Shown here one piece after another: positions 42,045 to 52,338 of a DNA stretch of 64,000 nucleotides. The position numbers were made by a program, and so were the translations under genes. Position 1 is the first letter of the stretch. The number at the start of each line of letters is the position of its first letter. Source of the DNA: Alphaproteobacteria bacterium (GTDB lineage: Bacteria > Pseudomonadota > Alphaproteobacteria > SP197); the NCBI GenBank assembly GCA_964291415.2, contig OZ219920.1, forward strand, positions 736,001-800,000, in the 5' to 3' direction. Under the pieces are notes generated by a model. It ran no database searches. It saw only the letters and a program-made list of their open reading frames with translations, and was not told where the DNA came from.

Positions 42045-43691
42045 TCAGGATTCCATCGCCTCGATCGCCAGTTCCTCGGCGAAAATGTAGGTGGTGGGAT
42101 GCATCCCGTAGCCCTTTACCCGTGAATTCTGGACGTTGTAGACGCCACGCCACACCGGCTGAACGATCGGTCCGTCCTCCTGCATGATCGTCTGCAGCTT
42201 GGCCATGACCTCGCGCCGTTCGTCGACGTCGAGGATACCCTCGGCCTCGGTGAGGAGCGCGTCGAACTCCGGATTGGCATAGTGGCTCTCGTTCCAGGGC
42301 ACTCCGGTCCGGTAGGCCAGTCCGAGCACCATGAAGCCCAGTGGACGGTGGGTCCATGAGGTGAAGCCGAAGGGAACCTTGTCCCAGACATCCCAGAACT
42401 GGTCGGACGGCATGAGGTTGATGGCGACGTTGATGTTCGCATCCTTCCACTGCTCGACCATGGTCTGGACCGCCAGGAGCTCCCATGCCGGGTCCTTCTT
42501 GCAGGCGATCTCGAGATCGAGACCATCGGCATGTCCGGCTTCGGCGAGCAGTTCCTTGGCCGCGGCCACATCCCGTCCCATCCACGCCAGTTCGGCATAC
42601 TCGGGATGAATGGACGAGACGTGGTGATGCTCGGCGGGAGACCCCACGCCGCGGTGAGCCGCCTCGAGAACCGACGGCGTGTCGACGGCAAGGCGCAACG
42701 CCGTGCGGACCCGGGGATCGTCGAACGGCGCCATGTCGACCTGGCCGCGAACCACTGCCGTCTGGGCCGTGGTCCGGGTATTGACCTGGATATCCGCCAT
42801 GGCCTTGTAGGCGTCGAGCTGAACGACGTCGCCGCCGTCAACGGCGTCGACCTGACCCGACGCGATGGCGCCGATGGCTGCCGACGGATCGTCGCCGAGG
42901 TCGATGAACTCGAGACGATCGAGGTAGGGGCCCTCGCGATGCCACGTCGCATTGCCGGCATTCTCGAGGATCGAGACCTCGCCGACCACGTGCTCGACAA
43001 GCTTGAACGCGCCGGTCCCGTTGGAGCCCACACCAAAGACCCCGTCTTCCGAAGGATCGATGATGAGAAGCGGATAGTGGAACAGGTGTTCCGGGATGGC
43101 GATGTTCTTGGCGCGCGTGTTGAGGCGGACGGTATGATCGTCCACGACCTCGACGGCGTCGTCGCGCCACATCATGCTGCCCTCATCGTTCATCATGTAG
43201 CCCTTCATGAGGCCGAGAACCGATGAGCCGGTTTCCGGGTCGAGAACCCGGCGCAGGTTCCACGCGGCATCCTCGGCCGTGAAGGCCCGGCCACTGTGCC
43301 ACATGATGCCTGGACGTATCCTGAGATCCCAGGTCAGGAGATCTTCCGACGCTTCCCAGCCCTCGAGAAGGTCGGGACGGGTCACATTGTCGGAGCCGGT
43401 GCGGGTGAGATAGCCGCAGACCTGGCGGGCGATGTTCGAGTCGATGACCCAGGAGAACGTATGCGGATTGTTGACGGTGTAGACACGCATGCCGAGGCGC
43501 ATGGTGCCGCCCGAGGGTTTGTCCTGAGCGACGGCGCGGGGCGCGAAGTCCTCGCCGCTGATGAGGCCCGCCGCCGCGTAGGCTGTCGAGGCGGACACAC
43601 CCAGCAGGGCCGAGTAGCGCACGAATTCCCGGCGCTCGAGCCGTCCTTCTGCAAGCTGCTCCTGCAGCTTGCTGTAGTAGGGGTGTACCAT
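42045..43691 (-). CDS. Peptide/nickel-type (family 5) ABC substrate-binding protein with a Tat signal
   Basis: ERREFV Tat-like motif; GTGAFKL, PFDDPRVR, VPWNESHY.NPEFD. Confidence 0.88.
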   Translation of the reverse strand: MVHPYYSKLQEQLAEGRLERREFVRYSALLGVSASTAYAAAGLISGEDFAPRAVAQDKPSGGTMRLGMRVYTVNNPHTFSWVIDSNIARQVCGYLTRTGSDNVTRPDLLEGWEASEDLLTWDLRIRPGIMWHSGRAFTAEDAAWNLRRVLDPETGSSVLGLMKGYMMNDEGSMMWRDDAVEVVDDHTVRLNTRAKNIAIPEHLFHYPLLIIDPSEDGVFGVGSNGTGAFKLVEHVVGEVSILENAGNATWHREGPYLDRLEFIDLGDDPSAAIGAIASGQVDAVDGGDVVQLDAYKAMADIQVNTRTTAQTAVVRGQVDMAPFDDPRVRTALRLAVDTPSVLEAAHRGVGSPAEHHHVSSIHPEYAELAWMGRDVAAAKELLAEAGHADGLDLEIACKKDPAWELLAVQTMVEQWKDANINVAINLMPSDQFWDVWDKVPFGFTSWTHRPLGFMVLGLAYRTGVPWNESHYANPEFDALLTEAEGILDVDERREVMAKLQTIMQEDGPIVQPVWRGVYNVQNSRVKGYGMHPTTYIFAEELAIEAMES

Positions 43692-43873
43692 GATGGTCGA
43701 TCCTTCCCTGTGATTGATCCATTGGCGCTCCGGCATATTGCCGGAGTCGTTGCATGGACCCATAGTTTTTGTGTTGCCCCGTCATGTCAACCCAAAACCC
43801 TTGCAAGCGGAGCACGTGATGGTGAATGGTGCCGCGTCGGTAGTCCTGTGACGGCTCAGGGAGGAGAGGTGGC

Positions 43874-44944
43874 GTGACGATGGGACTCCCGGCCATTGTT
43901 CTCTGGGCTGCGGTGACCGGATTCTCGCTGTGGCTTGTGGTGGAGGGCCGTGCGCTCATCCTCCCCTTCGTCGTCGCTGTCGTCCTGTGGTATCTCATCG
44001 CCACGTTGAGACAGGTCTACGCCCGTGTGCGGGGCGCGCCCGGGTGGCTGACTCTCCTTCTCGCCGTTGCCACGGTGGTCGCCCTCGTCGCCGTGCTGGT
44101 CGAACTGACGCTCGCCAATGTCAACGCCGTGGTGGATGCGGCGCCCTTCTACCAGGCCAATCTCGTGCAGCACTTTGGCAACGCCGCCGCCTTCTTCGGC
44201 GTTGCCGAACTGCCGACCATCGGCGAAATCCGCAATCGCGTCGATCTGGCCGGTCTCGTGACGTCCCTTGCTTCCGGCATGGCAACGTTCGTCGGCAATG
44301 TCGGCATCGTCCTTGTCTACCTCGCCTTCCTGCTGGTGGAACAGGGACACGCTGGCTCCAAGCTCGACGCGCTGCTCGGCGGCAATGCCGGCAGAATCGC
44401 CCGCGTGCGCCAGGTCATCTCCAGGATCAACGCCGATATCCGCACCTACCTGTGGGTCAAGACCCTGCTGTCCGTCGTCACCGGCGCCCTCTCGTGGATC
44501 GTCATGAAGGCTGTCGGGGTGGATCTGGCGGAGTTCTGGGCTGTGCTGATCTTCTTCCTGAACTTCATTCCGACCATCGGCTCGATTCTCGGGATCGTGT
44601 TTCCGGCCCTGCTGACCCTGGCGCAGTTCGCCGAACCCCTGGCGCCCTTCGTCATGGTGACCGCCCTGCTGGGAGTCACGCAGATCGTCACGGGCAATGT
44701 CATCGAGCCCCGGATGATGGGGCGCACGCTCAAGCTCAGTCCGCTGGTGATCCTCCTGTCGCTGGCCCTGTGGGGCAGCCTGTGGGGCGTCATCGGCATG
44801 TTCCTCAGTGTGCCGATCACGGTCATCGCCCTCATCGTCTTTGCCCAGTTCCGGCAGACGCGTCCGATCGCTATCCTGCTGTCCGACGATGGCAACATCG
44901 CCCACCTCGATGACGACAATGGCGAAGGGGGACATCCGGAATGA
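43874..44944 (+). CDS. AI-2E family transporter
   Basis: Polytopic; LNFIPTIGS, GNVIEPRMMG, LSPL..LLSL..WG.LWG..GMFLSVP. Confidence 0.88.
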   Translation: MTMGLPAIVLWAAVTGFSLWLVVEGRALILPFVVAVVLWYLIATLRQVYARVRGAPGWLTLLLAVATVVALVAVLVELTLANVNAVVDAAPFYQANLVQHFGNAAAFFGVAELPTIGEIRNRVDLAGLVTSLASGMATFVGNVGIVLVYLAFLLVEQGHAGSKLDALLGGNAGRIARVRQVISRINADIRTYLWVKTLLSVVTGALSWIVMKAVGVDLAEFWAVLIFFLNFIPTIGSILGIVFPALLTLAQFAEPLAPFVMVTALLGVTQIVTGNVIEPRMMGRTLKLSPLVILLSLALWGSLWGVIGMFLSVPITVIALIVFAQFRQTRPIAILLSDDGNIAHLDDDNGEGGHPE

Positions 44945-45603
44945 GTCGCAAGAATGCGGGCCTTGCCGACGATCTCTACGACTACATGGTGCGAACCACC
45001 GTACGTGACGACGACATCCTGCGCCGCCTGCGCGAGGAGACCCTGGAGACAGGCTGGGGCATGATGCAGATTGCGCCGGACCAGGGGCAGTTCATGGCCC
45101 TCCTGACGCGCCTGACGGGGGCCCGTCGGGCACTGGAGGTCGGTGTCTTCACCGGTTACAGCAGCCTTTGTGTCGCGCGGGCCCTGGGGGAGGGAGGGTC
45201 GCTCGTCGCTCTCGATGTCAGCGAGGAATGGACAGCGATCGCCCGCCGCTACTGGGCCGAGGCGGGTGTGGCGGACCGCATTGACCTGCGACTGGCGCCG
45301 GCCGTGGAGAGCCTCGAAAGACTGGTTGAAGAAGGCCAGGCGGGGTCATTCGACATCGCCTTCATCGATGCCGACAAGGAGAACTACGACACCTACTACG
45401 AGCGTGCCCTTGTCCTCGTTCGCCCGGGGGGACTGATCCTCATCGACAATGTCCTGTGGGGCGGCGCCGTGATCGATGACAGCGATCAGTCAGCGGACAC
45501 CCGTGCAATTCGCGCCATCAACGAAAAGGTGGGCGGCGACGATCGGGTCGACATGGCCATGGTGCCGACGGGAGACGGCCTCACCATCGCCAGGAAGCGC
45601 TGA
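44941..45603 (+). CDS. Class I SAM-dependent O-methyltransferase (caffeoyl-CoA type)
   Basis: LEVGVFTGYS, FIDADK, DNVLW.G, GDGLT. Confidence 0.9.
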   Translation: MSRKNAGLADDLYDYMVRTTVRDDDILRRLREETLETGWGMMQIAPDQGQFMALLTRLTGARRALEVGVFTGYSSLCVARALGEGGSLVALDVSEEWTAIARRYWAEAGVADRIDLRLAPAVESLERLVEEGQAGSFDIAFIDADKENYDTYYERALVLVRPGGLILIDNVLWGGAVIDDSDQSADTRAIRAINEKVGGDDRVDMAMVPTGDGLTIARKR

Positions 45604-45651
45604 AACGGGGACGTGAGGCGGCAATCGCGTGATGATCCGTCCCGGCGCCGG

Positions 45652-46653
45652 TCAGGCATAGGGCAGCGCAGTCCCCACACCGAGTTGTTCGGCCTTGGCG
45701 AGCATGGCCCAGGCGAGTGCGATGTCGGAGGTCGAGAGACCCCGGTGCCAGAAGAGTATTCTCTCGCTGTCGCTTTCCCTGCCGCCCGTGAGTCCGGCGC
45801 AGATGGCGCCGATCTCGGCGTGGATGGTGTCGGCGGTGATGCGGCCTGAGTCGACATGGCGGCGCAGACAGCCGAAGGGGCCAACCAGACACTGCTGCCA
45901 GTGATCGACGACAATCTTGTCCATGACGTCGGCAAGGTCATCCTCGACGGCGCTGATGGTGCCGTAGGGGATGACAAGCGCTCCCGGCTCCACCCATGCG
46001 GTCTTCAGGAGAGGCTGCGGCGTGTCAAGCCGGGAGGCCTCCACCAGGATATCGGCGCCCTCGAGGCAGCTTTGCCAGTCCTCGGTGACGATGACGGGCT
46101 TGCCGAGATCCCGGGTCAGCCGCTCGCCGAAGGCTTCGCGGCTCTCCGGCCGCCTCGAGTGCACGCGGATCTCCGCAAAGTCGAACAGGTGATCGAGCAG
46201 GCGGACGTTCCAGTAGGAACTCCCCCTGGCGCCGATATGACCCAGCCTGCGCGGGTTTGAACGGGCCAGATACTTGGCGCCGAGCGCCGTCAGGGCGCCG
46301 GTGCGCATGTCCGTGATCGCCGTGCCGTCGACGAGCGCCCGCGGCATGCCGGTCCTGGCATCGAACAGGTTGACGAGGGCCATTTCCGAGGGCAGTCCCT
46401 TGCGGTAGTTGTCGATGTAGTCGCCAACCACCTTCACGCCGGCAATGCCGATGGGCGCAATGTAGCCGCGCAGCACGTTGAAGTGGCCGCGGAAGGACTC
46501 GTCTGCCACGAGATGCATGCGTGGCTCGATGACGGTTTCGCCGCGCCCCTGTGCCGCCAGGCTGTCCTCGATGGCATCGAGAATCTCGCCGGGAGTCATC
46601 TCCAGCGCGGCGACATCGGCACCGTTGAGGTAGCTGATTTCAATACGTGGCAC
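45652..46653 (-). CDS. Ornithine cyclodeaminase/mu-crystallin family protein
   Basis: GVKVV, ITDMRTGA, GHIGARG, GRESD.ERI. Confidence 0.85.
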   Translation of the reverse strand: MPRIEISYLNGADVAALEMTPGEILDAIEDSLAAQGRGETVIEPRMHLVADESFRGHFNVLRGYIAPIGIAGVKVVGDYIDNYRKGLPSEMALVNLFDARTGMPRALVDGTAITDMRTGALTALGAKYLARSNPRRLGHIGARGSSYWNVRLLDHLFDFAEIRVHSRRPESREAFGERLTRDLGKPVIVTEDWQSCLEGADILVEASRLDTPQPLLKTAWVEPGALVIPYGTISAVEDDLADVMDKIVVDHWQQCLVGPFGCLRRHVDSGRITADTIHAEIGAICAGLTGGRESDSERILFWHRGLSTSDIALAWAMLAKAEQLGVGTALPYA

Positions 46654-47929
46654 GGTTCACTCTCCCGGTGTCCGGTTGAAGCAGGATCATGGCTGCATTC
46701 TCGAGGGCGGTCACGAGTTCGTCGCTGACCACTCCGTCGGCCTCGATGCCGTTGCCTGTCTGAAACGCCTTGACGGAGGCCCTCGTCATGGGTCCGGCAA
46801 TGTTGTCGACAGCTCCGTCGAGATAGCCCAGCAACACGAGGTAGCGCTGGGCCGCGACGACAGGAGCGCCCAGCGCCCCGGGAAGAGGCAGGCGAATGTG
46901 CGTCTCCTCCGTCGGCGTTCCCGGGAGGTTGCTCGCGCGCAGACTGGCGCGGCGATGTTCCCTCCAATCCAGGACGCTCGCCAGGCTGTCCATGAGTTCC
47001 CGCGCCACCCTGCGGGCGTCTCTGTCATCGCCACGGGCGGCCGCCACCAGCCAGGCATAGGCCTCGACCGGATTTCGTTCGATGCCCGTGCCATTGGCAA
47101 GGCAGGTAGCGAAGCTGATCTGGCCGAAGGCATGGCCGGACCGTGCCGCGGCTTCATAGGCAGCGGCGGCGCCCGCCAGGTCAACCGGTGTGCCGCGGCC
47201 GTACTGGAGCATGATGCCGAGATTGTTCTGGGCAACCGCCAGCCCCTTGTCGGCGGCCCGGCGATAGAGGGCGACGGCCCTTTCCGGGTCACGCGCAACG
47301 CCCAGTCCCAGTTCATACATGTGGGCAAGGTTGTTGTCGGCTTGCGCGAGTCCGGCCGCGGACGCCTGGTGGTACCAGGCGAGGGCCCGTTCGAGGCTGG
47401 CCCTGTTGCCGGTGTCGGCCGCGGAGAGTCGAGCCAGGCTATACTGTGCCTCCGGCAGGCCCTGGCGGGCAGCACGATGATACCAGTGGATGGCGAGATT
47501 GGGTTGCGGAGCACCATCGACGCCCCGCTCGTAGAGGCTTGCGAGGCTTTGCTGGGCGCGTGGAAAATCAAGGTTGGCGGCGCGCGAGAGAAGATCGACG
47601 GCCGCGGTCGTATCCGGAGACTCCGCCTTGAGCATATGATGGGAGAGAGCGACCAGCGCCACGGGCAAATTCCGGTGTGCCGCCTCGCTGTACCAGCCAA
47701 TGGCGCTCTCGATGTCGACGGCGCCGAGGAGTCCCGATTCATGAAGCCGGGCGAGGTAGTACTGCACGTCGACATCACCGTTGGCCGCACTCTCAACCCA
47801 GGCAGCGTGTGCATCCGCATAGCGCCGTTCTTCGACGGCCTGCCAGCCGGCAAGGAAACCGGAGTCCTCCGGCCAGGCGGGCACAGTCATGACCAGGACT
47901 GCTGCAAGAACGAGGCGGCTGATCGTCAT
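46640..47929 (-). CDS. Secreted Sel1-like repeat protein with a C-terminal peptidoglycan-binding domain
   Basis: Signal peptide; repeated AQ..L..LY..G.G…A..WY..AA units; C-terminal QRYL..LGY..G.VD.I.GP.TR.SVK.FQ…ADG. Confidence 0.85.
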   Translation of the reverse strand: MTISRLVLAAVLVMTVPAWPEDSGFLAGWQAVEERRYADAHAAWVESAANGDVDVQYYLARLHESGLLGAVDIESAIGWYSEAAHRNLPVALVALSHHMLKAESPDTTAAVDLLSRAANLDFPRAQQSLASLYERGVDGAPQPNLAIHWYHRAARQGLPEAQYSLARLSAADTGNRASLERALAWYHQASAAGLAQADNNLAHMYELGLGVARDPERAVALYRRAADKGLAVAQNNLGIMLQYGRGTPVDLAGAAAAYEAAARSGHAFGQISFATCLANGTGIERNPVEAYAWLVAAARGDDRDARRVARELMDSLASVLDWREHRRASLRASNLPGTPTEETHIRLPLPGALGAPVVAAQRYLVLLGYLDGAVDNIAGPMTRASVKAFQTGNGIEADGVVSDELVTALENAAMILLQPDTGRVNRATY

Positions 47930-47952
47930 GGCCCGAGTATAGGCGCCGCACC

Positions 47953-48567
47953 GTGCTGATCGAACCCGGAAGGTTTGCCCGCACCTGGTGGCAAGCCACG
48001 GAAACACTGTGCCGTCGCGATCCCCGTCTCGGCGCTGTCATCGAACGCTACCCCGGCGAACGTCTTGAACCGCATGGCGATCTCTTCCGTTCCCTGATGC
48101 GCGCCATTGTCGGGCAGCAGATCTCCGTCATCGCCTCCGAGCGGATCTGGGATCGGCTGACCCGGAACCTCGCGGCCGTCACGCCCCGGGACGTCGCCCG
48201 GGTGGATGCCGCCACCATGCGGGGCTGCGGCCTCACCAACAACAAGGCCCGCAGCATTGCCACTGCCGCCAGTGTAATGGCCACTTGGGAGGGCACCCCG
48301 TCGGAGTCGGGGGAGATCCGACAGCAATTGCTGGCCCTCAGGGGAGTCGGTCCCTGGACCGTCGACATGGTCCTGATCTTCGCAGCGGGCGACCTTGATG
48401 TCCTGCCGGTGGCAGACATCGGCCTGCAGCGGGCCGTGGCCGCCGTCTACGGCTGCCCGCGCTCGCCGGATGCGGTGAGATCCCGCGCAACGGCCTGGCA
48501 TCCATGGCGTACCGTGGCAACCTGGTATCTCTGGCGCGATCTCGATCCTCTCCCGGTCGCCTATTGA
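47953..48567 (+). CDS. DNA-3-methyladenine glycosylase (AlkA/HhH-GPD family)
   Basis: IVGQQIS, L.GVGPWT, LPVADIG, PWRTVA.WYLWR. Confidence 0.88.
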   Translation: MLIEPGRFARTWWQATETLCRRDPRLGAVIERYPGERLEPHGDLFRSLMRAIVGQQISVIASERIWDRLTRNLAAVTPRDVARVDAATMRGCGLTNNKARSIATAASVMATWEGTPSESGEIRQQLLALRGVGPWTVDMVLIFAAGDLDVLPVADIGLQRAVAAVYGCPRSPDAVRSRATAWHPWRTVATWYLWRDLDPLPVAY

Positions 48568-48632
48568 ACGACGGTGGATTGCCGGTTGACCAGCAAGCAT
48601 CATGACCGCACGGAACCGGGGGGAGATTCGGC

Positions 48633-49433
48633 ATGACGAGGCACGTCGCGATTGTGACCGGCTCGGCAACGGGGATTGGACGCGCCATCGCCCTGGGTCT
48701 GGCGGCGCGGGGCTGGGGCCTGGTGCTCAACTACACGACCAGCGAACGCGAGATGGCCGAAACCGAGGCGGCATGCCGCGAGGCCGGGGGCGATACCGTC
48801 ATCGTCAGGGGCGATGTGGCAGAGGACGCTCTGTGCCGCGAGCTCGTGCGGGCGGCCGCATGCCGCTGGAACCGCCTTGACGGCCTGGTCAGCAATGCCG
48901 GCGTGACCAAGTTCGTGGAGGCCGGAGATCTCGACGGCCTGGATCACGGCGACTTCGAGCGCATCCTCCGGGTCAACCTGGTCGCCTGCTGGCAGCTGGC
49001 GCGGGCCTCGGCGGACCTGATGCGCGGCACGGGCTCAGGCTCGATCGTCGCCATCTCGTCGCTGTCCGCCTTCACGGGGGCTGGAAGCAGCGCCGCCTAT
49101 GCCGCCTCCAAGGCGGCGCTCAACACCCTCGTGCTCTCCCTTGCCCGTGTCCTGGCGCCCGAGATCCGGGTCAATGCCCTGTGCCCTGGCTACGTCGATA
49201 CCCGCTGGTCGCGGCGGCGCATCGGAGAGGAACGCTACGCCGAATTCAGGGACAGCCTGAATGCGACCCTGCCCCTGAAGAAGATGGTCAACGCGGACGA
49301 CGTCGCCGACGCCGCCATATGGCTCCTGGCGGCGGCGCGCGCCGTCACCGGACAGGCCATCATCGTGGATGCCGGAGAGCACCTGCTGACCGGCCCCAAC
49401 GTGATGAGCGCGCCGTCCTCCGGTGATGTCTGA
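48633..49433 (+). CDS. Short-chain dehydrogenase/reductase
   Basis: TGSATGIG, SNAG, YAASK, VNALCPG. Confidence 0.9.
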   Translation: MTRHVAIVTGSATGIGRAIALGLAARGWGLVLNYTTSEREMAETEAACREAGGDTVIVRGDVAEDALCRELVRAAACRWNRLDGLVSNAGVTKFVEAGDLDGLDHGDFERILRVNLVACWQLARASADLMRGTGSGSIVAISSLSAFTGAGSSAAYAASKAALNTLVLSLARVLAPEIRVNALCPGYVDTRWSRRRIGEERYAEFRDSLNATLPLKKMVNADDVADAAIWLLAAARAVTGQAIIVDAGEHLLTGPNVMSAPSSGDV

Positions 49434-49541
49434 CCGGCCCGGCAATCGGCATCCGGACTGGAGATTCATGACATGGACAATGCCCGCGGAGGCGGCATCC
49501 GGAATGTTCCCGACATTCCTGACGCTGCGTCTGCCGGGCCA

Positions 49542-50987
49542 TCAGTCCGGATAGGCGCCCGGTTTGGAGGACCAGATCATGTAGGCCTCCCGCTGATCGT
49601 CGATGCCGATCTCATCGGTGATCTCGTTCCACTCTGCGGCCGCATGATCGAGAGCGGTGCGTGCATCCCGACCCGACAGCGCCGCCACGATGGCACGGGT
49701 CAGGGATTCCTCGTAGGCGAAGGTGCCGATGATCGAGAGATCGAAGAGGCCGGTCTCCGCCGCCTCTTCGAGTGCGGCAAGGTAATCTCCGGCCGCCGGC
49801 CACAGCGCCTCGTATTCGTCGCTGTTGAAGTGGGAGGTGCGGAAGGGATCGCGCAGTGCGAACGGCAGCGTGACCCGGGCAACGCTGACCTCCCGGCTGT
49901 TGAGCCACTGCGCAAAGAGGTAGGCGAGCTCCTTGTTCCTTGAATTCGACGACACGCACAGTGCGTACCCGGCAGCAAGTTCGGGATGCCCGCCAGGTGG
50001 CAGCGCATAGCCGACATTGCCGGCAATGGTCGTTTCGGGAAGCCAGGAGAGTTCCTCCGCATCGGCGCCGTATCCCGCCGACCAGCGGCCGGGCGGCGGC
50101 CACCAGATCTGCATCGCGAGCTCTCCGGCCAGCCAGGCATTGAGAACCTCGATGGGACCCCAGCCGGCCGCTCCGGGGGGCATGTTGTCGAGCTGGCGCA
50201 CCATGTCCTCGAGAACGGCGACAGCGATGTCGCTGTTGATCTGCGCGTCCATGGTTTCCGGATCGAAGAATCGCCCGCCGGCGGTTCTCAGCCGCATCTC
50301 GTAGAGGTAGTGCACGAGGCCCGGCGAGAGGATCAGTGCCGATCCATAGAGATCACCGTCTCCGGAGTCGGTAAAGAACTTCGAGATGTCGTAGAACTCG
50401 TCCCACGTCGTCGGAGGCGCCAGGTCGTACCCATAGGCGTCGCGGAAGGCCGCCCGGTTCGCCTTGTCGCCAAAGAGATCGGTCCGGTAGTAGAGCAGGA
50501 AGACGTCGCCGTCATCGGGCAGACCATAGATCTGGTCGCCGTAGGTGATCTGGTTGTTGCGGTACGCCGGCGCGATGTCGTCAAGCTCGTCGCGATAGCC
50601 GTAACTGTCGACGTAGGAGTCGAGGGGTTCGAGCACTCCGGCCCTGACCATGTCGGGCATCCAGGCCGGAACGACGCTGAGCATGTCGTAGGCCCCGGTC
50701 CCGGCGCGGTGTTCGGCGAGGGTCCTGGTGAAGAGCTCGTTGATCGGGATCTCGACGACATTGATCTTGACCCCGGTCAGTTGCTCCCAGACCGGGCCCG
50801 AGTGAATGAGAGGATCAAGGGCCTGAGGACCTGCCTCCCAGGTGATGTTGAGAGTTTCACCGGCATACTGCCTGGCCGCCTCGACCGCCCGGTCCGCCGC
50901 ATTCTCGGCTACAGCGGTTCCGGTTGCTGCCGCGAGGGCAAGGCCAAAAGCGACTCCCTGCAGGCCTCGGCTTCCCGGTACTGTCAT
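49542..50987 (-). CDS. Sugar-type (family 1) ABC substrate-binding protein
   Basis: Signal peptide; YGLPDDGD..LYYRTDL, PPTTWDEF, KELAYLFAQW. Confidence 0.82.
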   Translation of the reverse strand: MTVPGSRGLQGVAFGLALAAATGTAVAENAADRAVEAARQYAGETLNITWEAGPQALDPLIHSGPVWEQLTGVKINVVEIPINELFTRTLAEHRAGTGAYDMLSVVPAWMPDMVRAGVLEPLDSYVDSYGYRDELDDIAPAYRNNQITYGDQIYGLPDDGDVFLLYYRTDLFGDKANRAAFRDAYGYDLAPPTTWDEFYDISKFFTDSGDGDLYGSALILSPGLVHYLYEMRLRTAGGRFFDPETMDAQINSDIAVAVLEDMVRQLDNMPPGAAGWGPIEVLNAWLAGELAMQIWWPPPGRWSAGYGADAEELSWLPETTIAGNVGYALPPGGHPELAAGYALCVSSNSRNKELAYLFAQWLNSREVSVARVTLPFALRDPFRTSHFNSDEYEALWPAAGDYLAALEEAAETGLFDLSIIGTFAYEESLTRAIVAALSGRDARTALDHAAAEWNEITDEIGIDDQREAYMIWSSKPGAYPD

Positions 50988-51174
50988 GTTGTTCGCCTCC
51001 TCGACTGACGCACATTCAGCCCTGCGTTCCGGGCAGGAATGTGTCGGCGAGTTCAGTCATCGAACCGCACCACGCAGAACGAGAGGAGGCGCCTCCAGGT
51101 CCCGCGGCGTGTCGCGGCCCATGATCTGCGTCCCGGTTCCGGCAACGTCGGATCGCAGCATGGCCGGGCCGGCG

Positions 51175-52338
51175 TCAACACGTTCCCGAGTGGCCCGTCA
51201 GCCCGGTTCCGTCGCGGGTCTCGCGGACGACATGATCGACGACGGCACGGAAGGCGTCCATGTGATCCATTCCCTCCAGTCGGCACAGCCGCCAGAGATC
51301 GACCTGGCGGTCGGCGCTGTTGCCTTCGTCGATGATGGCGGTGGCCCGGCGGACCTCGTCTTCGCAGTCGAGGGCACGGGCGTCATCAGAGATATCGTCG
51401 ATGAGAGCGCGGGTCGCGTCGGCGATGTCCAGCCGGCCCTGGGCGGCCTCGATGTCGCCGAAGAAGGCCAGCACTCCGTAGCGCTGGGCAATCCAGCGAT
51501 TCTCGGAGATGATTTCGGTCAGCGGTTCGGCGGGAAGCGTTCCCTCGCGGGTCTGTCGCAGCAGACGCCGCACGAGGGATGCGTAGAGTGCGGCGATGGT
51601 GACGGCATCCTCGATCCGCGTGCACACATCGCAGATGCGCATCTCGATGGTCGGATAGGCATGGGAAGGGCGGATGTCCCACCACAGCTCGCTGCCGTCG
51701 CTGATGAAGCCCATGTTCCGGTATTCGTCGAGGAGGTTCTCGTAGTCCTCGTCCGACCACAGCGGGGCGGGAATGCCGACGCGTGGCAGGCCGCTGAAGA
51801 GGGCGAGGCGCCAGGAGCGGAATCCTGTCTCGTGGCCTTCGCTGAAAGGCGAGGAGGCGGACAACGCATGGAAGATGGGGAGATAGCGGCGCATTGCCGT
51901 CATCACGCTGATGCGCTCGTCGGCATTGCCAAACCCGGCATGGATGTGCATGCCTCCGACCAGCAGGCGGTTGAGCAGGACCTGGAGCGTGCCCGAAATT
52001 GTCCTGTAGCGGTCTTTCGGCGTCACCTCCGTGCGCGACCACTCCGCGAAGGGATGGGTGGACGAGGCCATGACCGCCGCCCCGTACCGTTCGGCTGTGT
52101 CGACGACCACGCGCCGTGTTTCCTTCAGCGCCTGGCGCAGTTCCGCCACGGATCCGCAGACCTTCGTGTTGGTCTCGATCTGCGTGCGCAGGGCCTCGCG
52201 CACCACGCGGTGCGGCCCTGCCGCTTCCTCGCAGTCAGCGAAGATGGCAGGGTCGGGATCGGCGAGCACGTCCCGCGTTCCGGGATCGACGAGAAAGAAC
52301 TCCTCCTCGATCCCGAGAGTGATGCCGGGTTCGGTCAT
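51175..52338 (-). CDS. Carboxylate-amine ligase (YbdK/GCS2 family)
   Basis: TLGIEEEF, GMHIH, ALSASSPF, LWWDIRPS..YPTIEMRICD, ENRW.A.RYG. Confidence 0.9.
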   Translation of the reverse strand: MTEPGITLGIEEEFFLVDPGTRDVLADPDPAIFADCEEAAGPHRVVREALRTQIETNTKVCGSVAELRQALKETRRVVVDTAERYGAAVMASSTHPFAEWSRTEVTPKDRYRTISGTLQVLLNRLLVGGMHIHAGFGNADERISVMTAMRRYLPIFHALSASSPFSEGHETGFRSWRLALFSGLPRVGIPAPLWSDEDYENLLDEYRNMGFISDGSELWWDIRPSHAYPTIEMRICDVCTRIEDAVTIAALYASLVRRLLRQTREGTLPAEPLTEIISENRWIAQRYGVLAFFGDIEAAQGRLDIADATRALIDDISDDARALDCEDEVRRATAIIDEGNSADRQVDLWRLCRLEGMDHMDAFRAVVDHVVRETRDGTGLTGHSGTC

